Source: Methanocaldococcus sp. 28A (lineage in GTDB: Archaea; AGJL01; Methanococci; Methanococcales; Methanocaldococcaceae). Taken from it: a stretch of DNA of 64,000 nucleotides. The stretch is from the NCBI GenBank assembly GCA_049852185.1, contig CP187540.1; one strand, 5' to 3'. The translations under genes were made by a program, and so were the position numbers. The notes under the pieces are model-generated. The model was given only the letters and a program-made list of their open reading frames with translations, did no database searches and was not told the origin of the DNA. Shown in pieces: positions 42,812 through 54,543 of this stretch. The first letter of the stretch is position 1, and each line of letters opens with the position of its first letter.

Positions 42812-44086
42812 TTATAAATCTCTTGGGTCTACAAGTTCTCCTTTAACAGCACATGCAGCAGCAGTTATTGGTGATGCTAAGTAAATCTCTGCCTCTAATG
42901 AACCTTGTCTTCCTCTGAAATTTCTGTTTGATGTTGAGACACAAACTTCTCCTTTTCCAAGAACTCCATACAATGAACCCATACAAGCAGAGCATGAAGG
43001 GTTTGTAACAACACATCCATACCTTAAGAACTTCTCAATTATTCCTTCTTTTAAAGCTTTTAAATACTCTTCTCTTGAAGCTGGAGTTACAACAACTCTA
43101 ACATCATCTGCTATACCACCATGCTTCTCAATGATTTCAATAGCCATTCTTAAATCTTCTAATCTTCCGTTTGTACAGCTTCCTATGAATACTTGGTCTA
43201 TTGGTTTTCCTGCAACTTCCCTTGCCTGTTTAACATTATCTACATTGTGTGGGCAAGCAAAAACAGGCTCTATCTTATCAGCTTCAATCTCATAAACTTC
43301 AGCAAATTCAGCATCTTCATCTCCTTTTATTATTTCAAATGGTCTTTCAGTTCCATGTTTTTTCATAGCCTCTTTTACATATTGTATTGTTTTTTCATCT
43401 GGTTCAATAATTCCAGTTTTTCCTCCCATCTCAATAGCCATGTTTGTCATAGTCATTCTTGAAGCAATACTCATTTTTTTGACAGTTTCTCCTCCAAATT
43501 GGCATGCTTTATATGTAGCTCCATCCACTCCTACCTCTCCTATAATTGATAAAATAACATCCTTTGAAGTAACATAAGGTTGTAAATCTCCTGTAATGTT
43601 GAAGTAAATAGTTTCAGGAACTTTAAACCATAATTTACCAGTAGCAAATACGTGAGCCATGTCTGTTGAACCTATTCCAGTAGAAAATGCTCCTAAAGCT
43701 CCATGTGTGCATGTATGACTATCAGCACCAACAACAACCTCTCCAGGAGCTATATGCCCTTTTTCTGGCAATACTTGATGACAAACTCCTTCTCTAATAT
43801 CATAAAAGTATTTAATACCTTGTTCTTTAACAAATTTTCTCATTAATATATGATTTTCAGCTGCTTTTATACTATCGGCAGGAACTTGGTGGTCAAATAA
43901 AATAACAATTTTTTCAGGATTCCAAACTTTTTCAATTCCATACTCTTTTAATGTATTGACTGTTAAAGGTCCTGTAATATCATGAACCATTGCCACATCA
44001 ATGTTTGCCATTACAATATCTCCTGGGCTAACATTTTTCTTTCCAGAAGCTTTTGCTAATATTTTCTCTACAATTGTCATTCCCAT
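42812..44086 (-). CDS. leuC: 3-isopropylmalate/citramalate isomerase large subunit
   Basis: HDITG, DSHTCT, GSCTNGR and [10 protein letters not shown] motifs. Confidence 0.93.
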   Translation of the reverse strand: MGMTIVEKILAKASGKKNVSPGDIVMANIDVAMVHDITGPLTVNTLKEYGIEKVWNPEKIVILFDHQVPADSIKAAENHILMRKFVKEQGIKYFYDIREGVCHQVLPEKGHIAPGEVVVGADSHTCTHGALGAFSTGIGSTDMAHVFATGKLWFKVPETIYFNITGDLQPYVTSKDVILSIIGEVGVDGATYKACQFGGETVKKMSIASRMTMTNMAIEMGGKTGIIEPDEKTIQYVKEAMKKHGTERPFEIIKGDEDAEFAEVYEIEADKIEPVFACPHNVDNVKQAREVAGKPIDQVFIGSCTNGRLEDLRMAIEIIEKHGGIADDVRVVVTPASREEYLKALKEGIIEKFLRYGCVVTNPSCSACMGSLYGVLGKGEVCVSTSNRNFRGRQGSLEAEIYLASPITAAACAVKGELVDPRDL

Positions 44087-44191
44087 ACTTTCACCATTGA
44101 TATCATGTCTTTATAAGAATAAGTGTGGATATACTTTTAGATTCTAAGTGATATAAAAAAGTTAAAGTTTATAAAAATTTGAGTTTGGACA

Positions 44192-44971
44192 GAGTGTATC
44201 TAAAATCGAGTAATATCTATATATTAATATAATAACAAAATAAAAAATATTGTAGCGAAAAGATGGTACTCTAAGATATATGATATAAACGATATATTAG
44301 AAGTTTTTGGATGAGATTATAGAGGATATTAAAATACCCAAAGAATTGAAGCCAAGAAAATATTCTATCGAACTATTTTAAAATTTCTGTTGTTAAGGAG
44401 TTTTTAGGAATATCGTTAAGAGCGATGGAAAAATTGACAGAGATGTTTTTTGGAGTTAGAATTGACCATTCAGTAATCCATTACTGGGAAAAGAAACTAA
44501 ATAACTATATTATATCGATAGTAAATCAAACTCTTAGGAGATTATAGAGTCTCGATTATGAGAAGACATTTATCGACTCAAAAAAGTTTTCGAATAAAAG
44601 TTGATAAAAATACATCCTATAACTCGTTAAGATTCAGAAAATAAAACATTGTTTCCAATATCTATAAGATTAGACAAATCTGGCTTAGAGTTTGCTTATG
44701 GAGAGAGATATTTTTATAATTATGGATACTCTAAGATACTCTAAATAAAATAGTTAAATTCAACTACAAGCCAATAATAAAGAAAATGAAAAGAGATAAA
44801 AGAGCTATGGTAAAGAGGAATATGCAAGGGTTTCTTCGGAGCTTTAACCAACAGATTCGGAGATAAATTGAATACTTTCTTAACTTCGACTTCTATTACT
44901 CGAATCGCTATTTAAGTTTGCATATATTCTTTAATGAGGTATCGTATGTAAGTCCTATTTTAGACACACTC
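44192..44971 (+). mobile_element. Degenerate DDE IS (IS5/IS982-like), copy 2, with both TIRs
   Basis: GAGTGTATCTAAAAT...ATTTTAGACACACTC; transposase carries stops and frameshifts. Confidence 0.85.
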
Positions 44972-45146
44972 ACATTTCGTAACATTTACCTTTTTAATAA
45001 TCATCTCTCTTTGGGTAAGGATGGGTTATATAATTCACTATTGGAATTAAACCACATTGGTCTATTGTAATAAAGATGGAGACAAATTCATAGATTTAGA
45101 TGTTGATAACATCCATATCATCTACTAAAAATTTTAGTTAGAGGAT

Positions 45147-46235
45147 TTACCACATTGAATATAATATACTCCCAAGAATAATCCACCAAACTAAAAGGGT
45201 TATTGAGCTCAAAGTTCTCTCATTTATAAATAACTCCAATATCTCTCCAATTTTAGAAATAAATATATTTTTTCTCTCTTTTAATAATTCTGGGAAAGCA
45301 TTCCATACGTGAAAGCCGTCTAAAGGCATAGCTGGAAGTAGATTAAATAAAGCTAATAGGAAGTTAAACCAGTAAGTCCAGTATATTGTATTTATTAATA
45401 GTGCTGTGTTCTCTGTTGGGGAAACCATAACCCCAATCTTTCCTTCATCAGAACTAATGATTTTATACGTCAGTATTTTATTATCCCTCAAAACTTTTAT
45501 TTCATACTCTTTGTTTGGTTCTATAGTTTTAGCAAATTCTTTAAAATCTTCTAATGAATTTATTTTTTTACCATTAATTTCTAAAATTATATCTCCTTTT
45601 TGCAAAAACTCTGATGCAGGTTCTTTAACATCAACAATTTTTAACTCTGTTGGTAATGTATAACTAAACGATAATAATGGGATAGATATTAAAAAAATCA
45701 ATAAATTTGCTAAAGGTCCGGCTGAAGCAATAGCTCCTTTAATTTTTTTATCTGCATTTTTAAATTCATCTCCCAATTCAACAAAAGCTCCTAATGGAAG
45801 TCCCAATAACAATAAAATTCCAGAGCTCTTAACCTTAATTCCAAATGATTTGGCAAATATACCATGTGCTAATTCATGCACAGAGATTGCTATTAATAGA
45901 GCTATAATCCCAGGAATCCATGGAATTACATCTCCAAACAAAAACACAACTGGTTTTGCAGCTTCTTTTGGAAGAGTTCCTGATATCAACTTTATACTCA
46001 TAACTATTATATTGAAAAGCATAACAAATCCAAGTATTACACATATAGGTATTGATATAATCCCTATTTTCTGCCAAATTTTATACTTCCCTAATTTTTC
46101 AACTGTTTTCATCCCAATTTTAGTTCTTAAAATTCCAAAAATTCCTCCATAAGTTTTTAAGTTTATTGAATCCCTAATAGCATATAGAATCAGCCAAATT
46201 ATTATTGCCACAATTAAGATGAATTTAGATTCCAT
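45147..46235 (-). CDS. Site-2 protease (M50) with a PDZ domain
   Basis: HELAH, AGP, GDII (PDZ) and NLLPAMPLDG motifs. Confidence 0.93.
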   Translation of the reverse strand: MESKFILIVAIIIWLILYAIRDSINLKTYGGIFGILRTKIGMKTVEKLGKYKIWQKIGIISIPICVILGFVMLFNIIVMSIKLISGTLPKEAAKPVVFLFGDVIPWIPGIIALLIAISVHELAHGIFAKSFGIKVKSSGILLLLGLPLGAFVELGDEFKNADKKIKGAIASAGPLANLLIFLISIPLLSFSYTLPTELKIVDVKEPASEFLQKGDIILEINGKKINSLEDFKEFAKTIEPNKEYEIKVLRDNKILTYKIISSDEGKIGVMVSPTENTALLINTIYWTYWFNFLLALFNLLPAMPLDGFHVWNAFPELLKERKNIFISKIGEILELFINERTLSSITLLVWWIILGSILYSMW

Positions 46236-46353
46236 AAACTACTCCTCCATAATTTGATTTTAACTAAATTCATAAATAAAAAAAATAAAAAAAATATATA
46301 TAATAGTTGGTATGAATCCTACTACATAAAAATAAAATAATAATGGTGAGATT

Positions 46354-46791
46354 ATGGAAGCTTTAGTATTGGTAGGGCATGGTAGTAGATTACCATACAG
46401 CAAAGAACTTTTAGTAAAATTAGCTGAAAAGGTTAAAGAAAAAAATATATTTCCAATTGTTGAAATTGGATTAATGGAATTTAATGAACCAACAATCCCT
46501 CAAGCTGTTAAAAAAGCAATTGAGCAAGGGGCTAAAAAAATCATTGTAGTTCCTGTTTTCTTAGCTCATGGTATTCACACAACAAGAGATATTCCCAAAA
46601 TGTTAGGGTTAATTGAAGATAACCACGAACATCATCATCACGAGCATGAACATGGGCATCATCACCACCATCACCATCATGAACATGAAAAGTTAGAAAT
46701 TCCAGAGGATATTGAAATTATTTATAGAGAACCTATTGGAGCAGATGATAGAATTGTTGATATTATAATTGATAGAGCATTTGGAAGATAA
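46354..46791 (+). CDS. cfbA: Sirohydrochlorin nickel/cobaltochelatase (CbiXS/CfbA)
   Basis: VGHGSR, HGIH and a His-rich loop. Confidence 0.9.
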   Translation: MEALVLVGHGSRLPYSKELLVKLAEKVKEKNIFPIVEIGLMEFNEPTIPQAVKKAIEQGAKKIIVVPVFLAHGIHTTRDIPKMLGLIEDNHEHHHHEHEHGHHHHHHHHEHEKLEIPEDIEIIYREPIGADDRIVDIIIDRAFGR

Positions 46792-46798
46792 ATTTAAA

Positions 46799-46887
46799 TA
46801 GGACTTTCGCGGGTATAGATATTAGGAGTTTTGCATCATTTCTTCCTTATTTACCTTAATATAATTAAATAATGTGCGAGAGTTCTA
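46799..46887. mobile_element. MITE family B (89 bp)
   Basis: TAGGACTTTCGCG...TGCGAGAGTTCTA with TTTAAA flanks. Confidence 0.7.
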
Positions 46888-47010
46888 TTTTAAAAATTAT
46901 AAAACATAAAATTATATATTTTATTTTATTGATACTAAAAACACCAAAACTTTTAAACTATTTTTTATCTATTTTTTACAAAATTTTTTGATTTTTATGG
47001 AGGTTGTATT

Positions 47011-47823
47011 ATGTTTGCTCCAGGACATATTACAGGATTTTTCTCAATATATAAACATTATGATAAATTAAAAACAGGTTCTACAGGAGTTGGAATTACT
47101 GTAGATAAAGGAGTAACTTTGGAATTAAAGGAAGGTAATGGAAATGTATTTTACAATGGTGAGAGAGTAGAAATTTGTGTAGTAGAAAAAGTTGTAGAAT
47201 ATTATAAAAAATATGGATATAATGGGAACTATGATATAATCTTCTCATCTGATTTTCCTTTAGGTAGTGGTTTGGGAATGTCTGGAGGATGTGCTTTAAT
47301 ATTAGCTAAAAAATTAAATGAAACACTAAATTTAAATGAAAATTATGTAGAGATAGCCCATATAAGTGAAGTAGAGTGCGGAACTGGATTAGGAGATGTT
47401 ATAGCCCAATATACAAAAGGATTTGTTATAAGAAAATCTCCAGGATTTCCTATAAATGTTGAAAAAATTGCTGTTGATTATGATTATTATGTCATAATTG
47501 AGATTTTTGGAAAAAAAGAGACAAAGGAGATTATAAATAATAAAGAATGGATTAAAAAGATAAACAAATATGGAAAAATATGTTTGAATGAACTTTTAAA
47601 AAATCCTACGTTGGAAAATTTCGTTAAACTTTCATACAAATTTGCAGTAAATACTGAACTAATAGACGAAAAAATTTTAGAAATCTGTGAGGATTTAAAA
47701 TTTACAGTTGGAGCTTCTCAATCAATGTTAGGAAATACTTTATTTTGCATTTCAAAAAAAGAAACATTAGATGATGCTCTATCTATTTTAAAAAATCCAA
47801 TAGTTTGTAAAATATATTATTAA
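47011..47823 (+). CDS. Pantoate kinase (GHMP family)
   Basis: FAPGHITGFF, PLGSGLGMSG, GTGLGDV and SQSMLG motifs. Confidence 0.9.
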   Translation: MFAPGHITGFFSIYKHYDKLKTGSTGVGITVDKGVTLELKEGNGNVFYNGERVEICVVEKVVEYYKKYGYNGNYDIIFSSDFPLGSGLGMSGGCALILAKKLNETLNLNENYVEIAHISEVECGTGLGDVIAQYTKGFVIRKSPGFPINVEKIAVDYDYYVIIEIFGKKETKEIINNKEWIKKINKYGKICLNELLKNPTLENFVKLSYKFAVNTELIDEKILEICEDLKFTVGASQSMLGNTLFCISKKETLDDALSILKNPIVCKIYY

Positions 47824-47923
47824 ATTTTATTTAATACTAATTTTTAATATTCAAATATGCTAACATTTAAGTATTCATGGACAAACAGGTATAATAATTG
47901 TAATAGAAACTTTTAAATATAAT

Positions 47924-49055
47924 AGGACTTTCGCATCCACATTTAAATACTTAGATTAACGATAAACCAATTTCTTCACACAAAGAGATTATGGCATTAC
48001 CAACAGCTATTCGATTTAGTTTTCTTCTAAGTTCGTACCAACTGATATTTTTATCGATTCTAATTTTCTCTAAGAGGTAGAAGGCTCTCATAGAAAGGGA
48101 GATATGACCTAAAATTGGAAATTTTTTTCTAACGAAGAAATTGCCAGTATTACAGCACTGTTTAACACCCCTATGGAATTCCTCGATTCTCCAAGAGGCG
48201 TTTTTGACCTCTTGGAATTCTTCGAAACTCATAAATAGGTTATTAGTTATATAATATTTTGCCTTTCCGTTTTTGGAAAGGCAGAAGAGTCTGACATAGC
48301 CAACTTTTCGTAGATAAACGATTAATCCATTCTTAGGAATTTCCTTAAGGTCTTCGATTGATACCCACTTTCCGTTTTTGGAGAGTTTTATCTTTCTATT
48401 CTTTTTAATTCTGCAGAGGTAGAATAAACCTAAACTATCGATAAGTTTTAAGTTATCTTTACTTGAATACCAACTATCGAAACAGATATATCTAATATTT
48501 AATCCTTTATCCACTAAAGACTTTATTATCTCCCTACATAAATTATTTTTCGTCTTTCCATCTCTTGGTCTGTCATATACTCTAAAATCGATTGGAATAA
48601 TATGTTTTCCATTTGTAATTATGCAATCAACGATATGTATGCCTTTAATTACTCGTTTATGTAGATTACTCCAACAATAATAAGCAAATTCAGTCGATTT
48701 AGAGTAAATTTTATCTATAACAAAGTCATCTATAACGACAATATTATAATCAGGAGTGATTAAATCTTTAACGAAATTAAAAAGCTTTTCTTGTGGGAAG
48801 ATTCCTTCTTCCCAAAGTATTCTATTTATTGTATCGTGAGATATGTCGATTCCGAAAATACGCAACGTTTTCGATAACTCTACACACGAATTAATCTCTG
48901 AAAGTAATATAAAAAGCATATAAACGATAGTCCTCGACATTTTTAGCATATTTTCCCCAAAATAAACTTTTGTTTCGAAAAATTATAATATCTAATAAAA
49001 ATAGATTATCATAAAATATTATAATAAAATATTTAAATATGCTTGCAAAAGTCCT
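47924..49055 (-). mobile_element. Apparently intact IS701-family insertion sequence
   Basis: TIRs AGGACTTTCGCA / TGCAAAAGTCCT, ATAAT duplication on both sides, and a full transposase ORF. Confidence 0.88.
47951..48949 (-). CDS. IS701-family DDE transposase
   Basis: SHDTINR, VIDD..IDK, FDSWY and WRIEEFHRGVKQ motifs. Confidence 0.92.
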   Translation of the reverse strand: MLKMSRTIVYMLFILLSEINSCVELSKTLRIFGIDISHDTINRILWEEGIFPQEKLFNFVKDLITPDYNIVVIDDFVIDKIYSKSTEFAYYCWSNLHKRVIKGIHIVDCIITNGKHIIPIDFRVYDRPRDGKTKNNLCREIIKSLVDKGLNIRYICFDSWYSSKDNLKLIDSLGLFYLCRIKKNRKIKLSKNGKWVSIEDLKEIPKNGLIVYLRKVGYVRLFCLSKNGKAKYYITNNLFMSFEEFQEVKNASWRIEEFHRGVKQCCNTGNFFVRKKFPILGHISLSMRAFYLLEKIRIDKNISWYELRRKLNRIAVGNAIISLCEEIGLSLI

Positions 49056-49666
49056 ATAATAAAAAAGAATTTAATTTTAATTTGGAAAAAATTGAGTATA
49101 GAGGAACATATTGTAGTGTGTGGTTTAAAAAAGATGTGGAAAGTGAATGGCTTGTGGTAGCTAATGAAGATAACTGCATAAATAGTAGATTAGCTGGGTA
49201 TAAGTTTATTGATTTTACTTGGTGGGATAAAATATCATTATTAGAAGAAACCAAAAATAGAGTATTTAATGAGATAAAAAAGTTAATAGGTAGTGATTTT
49301 GAGGATAAGTTATATAGATTTGATAAAACCATTCATGTAAAAAATTTTTACCAAGGAACTTTAAAGAACATAGAAGGAATCTCGGAAGATATGAAAGGTA
49401 AAATATGTGAGATTTGGTGTGAAGCAAATTGGAATGGAAATACAAAAGAATGGATAATGCTCAATGGAAATATGGAAATAAAATTTCATCAACATGTTAG
49501 TGCAGGTGGTGCCTATTATAGTGGTGGTAGATATGGAATATCAAGTAGATGGGTAGGTTCAGAAGCTTGTGCTCAAAATTGGAGATTAACTATGTATTTA
49601 TATCCATACTGCCTCCCATTTAGTATATCTTCTAATTTTGTTCATCAATATCTTGCAATAAAATAA
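49056..49666 (+). pseudogene. Hypothetical gene fragment; its predicted start lies inside the IS TIR
   Basis: ~200-codon open frame beginning at the IS boundary. Confidence 0.5.
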
Positions 49667-49696
49667 ATTATTTTTTTATTTTTAAGAGGGAGATTT

Positions 49697-50527
49697 ATGA
49701 GCCAAACAATTAAAAAACTTATTGTAGGACCATTAATTTATCCATTTTGTAAGGAAAATCTTAAGAATTTTATTATTATTGAGTTAGTTTTAACATTTTT
49801 TGCTTATTGTTATTTAGCAATCCATTTATTTTGGAATACTTTTTACATTTTTTTTATAATGCTAATCTGTTCTTTTTTAATATATTGCATTGAGTTGGGT
49901 TATGCTACAATGGTTTTTGAGGATTCTTTAAATGGTAAAAATGTCCTTCCAAATGTGAAAAATGTTAAAAGATTACTTATTTATGGATTAAAAGGTTATG
50001 GCTATTCTATATTATTTACAACTATTGTATGGTTTTTAGCAATTGTGATATATTTTATTAAATTTGGTAAAATACTCCCTATATTTAGTATTTTAGATAG
50101 GGTTGAGATTTGGAATTCACTCTATAATATTATTTTAAATGTTGTTTATTTAGTTGGAGTGTTTTTATTTAGCAGTTTAATCTTTGCAGTAAGTTGGAAT
50201 ACGATAAACCTTCCAAATCTTTCCGTAAGTTTTTGGAATTATATTTTTATGGACTATATGTATATTTCGATATTTCTATCTTGTTATATATTTCCACTAA
50301 TAATTTTTAAAATTTACTCAAAAATACGTTTTAAAAATTTAATTAATATTGTATCTTCAAAATATATCTTAATTTCTACAATTTGCGGATTATATCTTAT
50401 GTTAATTTTTAAATATATTGTATGGGCGGATATTTTTATTAAGGTTCCTTTAATAGCCTATTTATTTATAACAATAGCAAAGATGTTTGGAGTTTATTTT
50501 AAAGAGTTAAAAAAAATAATAAGGTGA
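49697..50527 (+). CDS. Membrane protein, DUF4013-like
   Basis: GAGGGG RBS; highly hydrophobic; YPF...GY...LP...GLK pattern. Confidence 0.6.
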   Translation: MSQTIKKLIVGPLIYPFCKENLKNFIIIELVLTFFAYCYLAIHLFWNTFYIFFIMLICSFLIYCIELGYATMVFEDSLNGKNVLPNVKNVKRLLIYGLKGYGYSILFTTIVWFLAIVIYFIKFGKILPIFSILDRVEIWNSLYNIILNVVYLVGVFLFSSLIFAVSWNTINLPNLSVSFWNYIFMDYMYISIFLSCYIFPLIIFKIYSKIRFKNLINIVSSKYILISTICGLYLMLIFKYIVWADIFIKVPLIAYLFITIAKMFGVYFKELKKIIR

Positions 50528-51006
50528 TATTATTAAATTTTTCCAATATTATTTTTTATTTTTTATATGGAATTTTATTCATCATATCATTAAGATTTTG
50601 GAAGATTAAAAAAGATAATTCCTTCTTAATATTGTCTATATTGTGTTTTATAGCATTAATTTTACAATTCTTAAATATAAATTTATATTTGTATATATTT
50701 GAATTATTTTTAATTATGGGAATTATTATAACAACTCTGTATATTTTGAGAAAAGATAAATTTTTGTTATTTTTGGCAGTATTTGGGTTAATAATCCCAT
50801 TCTTACAATTTGATATTCCAAACTGGTTATTTAATATTTTATTACTGCCTTTATTTATCTATATTAAATTATTTGTTCCTAAAAATATGGGTGGAAGTTA
50901 TTATTACAGTCCTTTTATAATCATTCCTCTATCCATGTATGGTTATATACTAATTGGCTTAATAATAAGAACAATTTATGGTTATTTAAATAATTATAAA
51001 TTTTAA
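50524..51006 (+). CDS. Hypothetical membrane protein
   Basis: Very hydrophobic 160-aa ORF overlapping the upstream stop codon. Confidence 0.55.
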   Translation: MILLNFSNIIFYFLYGILFIISLRFWKIKKDNSFLILSILCFIALILQFLNINLYLYIFELFLIMGIIITTLYILRKDKFLLFLAVFGLIIPFLQFDIPNWLFNILLLPLFIYIKLFVPKNMGGSYYYSPFIIIPLSMYGYILIGLIIRTIYGYLNNYKF

Positions 51007-51644
51007 ATTTTATTTTTATTTTCAATTCTAAAAACAACTACTGGAATATTAACAACTTTCTTTTTATGAAATTCATATATTGCAGGAATTCTAAAAAATG
51101 CCTTATATATATGAGTTATTTTTCCTCCTTTATCTTCAACATACTTCATAACAAAATCTTTTGTTGGATAGTTGTGTATGGTATAAATTACATCCCCAAT
51201 CTCCAAAGCTTTATCTAAAAATATCCTATCAGCGTGTTTTTTCTGAGCTCCAAAAGGAGGGTTTTGAATAATAACCTTCTTTAAATTTCTATCCTCTCTA
51301 AGCACGTAATCTAAAAATTTATTATCAACATCTCTAATATCCATGCAATAAAAATCTACATCAACATTCAGCTTTTTAGCATTTTCTTTCGCTACTTCTA
51401 TACTCTCTCTATCAATATCTACACCAATAACTCTCTTAGCTCCCAAAATTTTACTACCTATGGCTAATCTTCCAGTTCCACAGCCTAAATCAATAACAAC
51501 ATTGTTATAAAAATCATTCATAGCAAAAAATAAAATATCACTTGCTAATTTTCCATCTATTGTATATTGTTCTAAATCTACTTTTGGATTTGGATGCCTT
51601 TTTAAGGAATCTAATATCATCTCTAAATGCTTTTTCTTTATCAT
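51003..51644 (-). CDS. METTL5-family methyltransferase
   Basis: LEQY, DLGCGTG and NPPFG motifs. Confidence 0.9.
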   Translation of the reverse strand: MIKKKHLEMILDSLKRHPNPKVDLEQYTIDGKLASDILFFAMNDFYNNVVIDLGCGTGRLAIGSKILGAKRVIGVDIDRESIEVAKENAKKLNVDVDFYCMDIRDVDNKFLDYVLREDRNLKKVIIQNPPFGAQKKHADRIFLDKALEIGDVIYTIHNYPTKDFVMKYVEDKGGKITHIYKAFFRIPAIYEFHKKKVVNIPVVVFRIENKNKI

Positions 51645-51721
51645 TTCTTCACCTAATTAAATATATAGTTTCATGGATATCATTTAATATAAAAAAATAT
51701 AAAAAAATAAAATTAATTTAA

Positions 51722-52174
51722 TTATTCAATGTTAATTCCTTTCTTAATTGATGATTCTGCTTTTGGTAATATAATTGATAAAACACCATTTTCAAATTTT
51801 GCAGATGCATTTTCTTCTTTAACAGTTGCAGGAAGTTTTATAGTTCTATAAATCTCTTCTTCTTCAGGTATCTCTGAGTAAATAATTCTTTCACTTTCAG
51901 TAATCATCAATGGACTTCTTTTAGCCCTAATCTCTAATGTATCTCCAATTGCATTTAAAACTATATCCTCTTTATTAACTCCTGGCAACCATGCAATAAC
52001 TTTTATGTGCTTGTCTCCCTCAATAATTGAGATAGGCATAAATCCTTTTCCTGATATTTGAATCCCTGTTGAGCTTTGAATTATTGTTGAGCCTGTTATA
52101 GGTGTTGCAAAGAATTCTTTTAACATTCTTTCAAACAATGTGTCAAATGGGTCTCTTCCAAACATGTCTCCCAC
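51722..52174 (-). CDS. Small heat shock protein Hsp16.5
   Basis: MFGRDPFD, alpha-crystallin domain, AKFENGVL and C-terminal INIE. Confidence 0.95.
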   Translation of the reverse strand: MGDMFGRDPFDTLFERMLKEFFATPITGSTIIQSSTGIQISGKGFMPISIIEGDKHIKVIAWLPGVNKEDIVLNAIGDTLEIRAKRSPLMITESERIIYSEIPEEEEIYRTIKLPATVKEENASAKFENGVLSIILPKAESSIKKGINIE

Positions 52175-52324
52175 CTCTATTTTTTATTCGTCATATAAAT
52201 TATGTTTTTGAAGTTCTATATAAACTTTTTGTTAATCTATAAATTTATATAAACCAATTAAATGTTTATAAATAGGTTTAACATAATTAACAAATTAACA
52301 TAAAATCAGATTGAGGGATTACTG

Positions 52325-53566
52325 ATGTTTGGGAAATTAAAAGAAAAGCTTATAAAAACAGCATCAAAAATTACTGAAAAAATATATAGTAAAGGAGAAG
52401 CTGAAGAAGTTAGAGAAGAAAAAAAAGAAAAACCAAAAATTTCACTAACAAATTTATTTAAGAAAGAAGATAAAAAAGAAAAAATAGAAACAGAAATTAA
52501 AGAACCTGAATCTGAAGTTGTAAAAACAGAAACTTCTAAAGTAGAAGGAGTTAAAGAAATTAAAGAAGAAGAAAAAGAAGAGATTAAAACTATATCCGAA
52601 AGTAAAACAGAAGAGAAAAAAATAAGTTTCTTTGATAGATTTATATTAACAAGGACTATTAAGAAAGTTCTTAAAAAAGAAGTAGTTATCTTAGAAGAAG
52701 ACATAGAAGATGTGTTAGAAGAGTTAGAGATTGAACTATTAGAGGCAGATGTTGCTTTAGAAGTCGTAGAAAAGTTAATTGAAAATATCAAAAATGAATT
52801 AGTTGGTAGAAAGATTTCTCCAGATGATAGTGTAGAAGAGATTACAATAAATGCTGTAAAGAATGCTATAAAAAACATCTTATCCCAAGATAAGATTGAT
52901 ATTGAAGAGATAATCAAAAAGAATAAAGCAAAAGGAAAACCAACAGTTATTGTATTTGTTGGAATTAATGGAACTGGAAAAACTACCACTATAGCTAAAT
53001 TAGCATATAAATTAAAGCAAAAAGGATATAGTGTTGTTTTAGCTGCTGGAGATACTTTCAGAGCTGGAGCTATTGAGCAGTTAGAGCAGCATGCTAAAAA
53101 TGTTGGAGTTAAAGTTATTAAGCATAAAAAAGGGGCGGATTCTGCGGCAGTTATCTATGATGCTATACAGCATGCTAAAGCAAGAGGAATTGATGTAGTT
53201 TTAGCAGATACCGCAGGAAGACAGGCAACAAACACCAACTTAATGGAGGAAATCAAAAAAGTTGTTAGAGTTACAAAGCCGGATTTGGTTATATTCGTTG
53301 GAGATGCTTTAACTGGGAATGATGCTATATATCAAGCAGAAGAGTTTAATAATGCAGTAAATATTGATGGAATTGTCTTAACAAAAGTAGATGCTGATGC
53401 TAAAGGAGGAGCAGCTTTATCAATAGGTTATGCTATTGGAAAACCAATTTTATATTTAGGTGTTGGGCAGAGATATTCAGATTTAATTGAGTTTGATGCT
53501 GACTGGATGGTTAAAAAATTGTTTGGAGAAGAAGAGTTTGAATTTTCAACTGAAAGAGAATTTTAA
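52325..53566 (+). CDS. ftsY: SRP receptor FtsY
   Basis: [22 protein letters not shown] and TKVD motifs. Confidence 0.97.
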   Translation: MFGKLKEKLIKTASKITEKIYSKGEAEEVREEKKEKPKISLTNLFKKEDKKEKIETEIKEPESEVVKTETSKVEGVKEIKEEEKEEIKTISESKTEEKKISFFDRFILTRTIKKVLKKEVVILEEDIEDVLEELEIELLEADVALEVVEKLIENIKNELVGRKISPDDSVEEITINAVKNAIKNILSQDKIDIEEIIKKNKAKGKPTVIVFVGINGTGKTTTIAKLAYKLKQKGYSVVLAAGDTFRAGAIEQLEQHAKNVGVKVIKHKKGADSAAVIYDAIQHAKARGIDVVLADTAGRQATNTNLMEEIKKVVRVTKPDLVIFVGDALTGNDAIYQAEEFNNAVNIDGIVLTKVDADAKGGAALSIGYAIGKPILYLGVGQRYSDLIEFDADWMVKKLFGEEEFEFSTEREF

Positions 53567-53587
53567 TAATATATTTTTTATTATTTT

Positions 53588-53869
53588 TTATTCAGAATAT
53601 TTATCTCTATATGCAGCATTTGCAATTGCATGAGCTAAGAAGGGTGCTAAAATTAGATAAACAAATGCCAAAAGTGGCTCACCTAAAGCTATAAAAATTA
53701 AAAAGCATGCACAATCTATAACACCCAAAATATGTATTCTTGCATAAATGATATTTTCTCTATCTTTTTCTATCCATAATCTATAGGAAGCTAATAAAAT
53801 ACCTAATGAAGCTATAAAAACAAGAATGTCATTAACAATCTCAATAAATAGTTCCATAAACATCACCAA
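53588..53869 (-). CDS. MnhG-like membrane protein (probable Ehb hydrogenase subunit)
   Basis: YARIHILG...PFLAHAIA pattern. Confidence 0.7.
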   Translation of the reverse strand: MVMFMELFIEIVNDILVFIASLGILLASYRLWIEKDRENIIYARIHILGVIDCACFLIFIALGEPLLAFVYLILAPFLAHAIANAAYRDKYSE

Positions 53870-53930
53870 TTTATAAGGACATTTATAATGATTAATAATG
53901 ATAAATTAAGAGAAGATTTATTTATATGTT

Positions 53931-54497
53931 TTGGTGAAAGAAATGTTCATAGTGTTTGAAGGTATAGATGGAAGTGGAAAAACAACACAATCAAAAATTT
54001 TAGCTGGAAAGTTAAATGCATTTTGGACATATGAGCCATCAAACAGTGAGGTAGGTAGATTTATAAGAGAAATTTTATCTGGAAAAATAAAGGTTGATAA
54101 TAAGAGCTTAGCTTTATTGTTTGCGGCTGATAGAGTAGAGCACACCAAATTAATAAAAGAAGAGCTAAAAAGAAGAGATGTAGTTTGTGATAGGTATTTG
54201 TATTCTTCAATCGCATATCAAAGTGTTGCAGGAGTTGATGAGAACTTTATAAAATCAATAAATAGATATGCTTTAAAGCCAGATATTGTTTTTTTGTTAG
54301 TTGTGGATATTGAAATTGCATTAAAGAGGGTTAAAACAAAAGATATATTTGAAAAAAAAGAGTTTTTAGAAAATGTGCAGAAAAAGTATTTAGAGTTGGC
54401 TGAAGAAAACAACTTTATAGTTATCGATACTACAAATAAGTCAATAAATGACACTCATGAAGAAATTTTAGATTATCTAATAGATAAGATAATATAA
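53931..54497 (+). CDS. tmk: Thymidylate kinase
   Basis: FEGIDGSGKTT, LFAADR and DRY..SS motifs. Confidence 0.96.
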   Translation: MVKEMFIVFEGIDGSGKTTQSKILAGKLNAFWTYEPSNSEVGRFIREILSGKIKVDNKSLALLFAADRVEHTKLIKEELKRRDVVCDRYLYSSIAYQSVAGVDENFIKSINRYALKPDIVFLLVVDIEIALKRVKTKDIFEKKEFLENVQKKYLELAEENNFIVIDTTNKSINDTHEEILDYLIDKII

Positions 54498-54543
54498 AAA
54501 AGTATATAAATTATAATACTGTTGAGTTATTTGTTAGATAGAC

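Noticed and set aside
46620-46690. CAT/CAC-rich repeat
   Set aside because: It encodes the known His-rich loop of CbiXS/CfbA.
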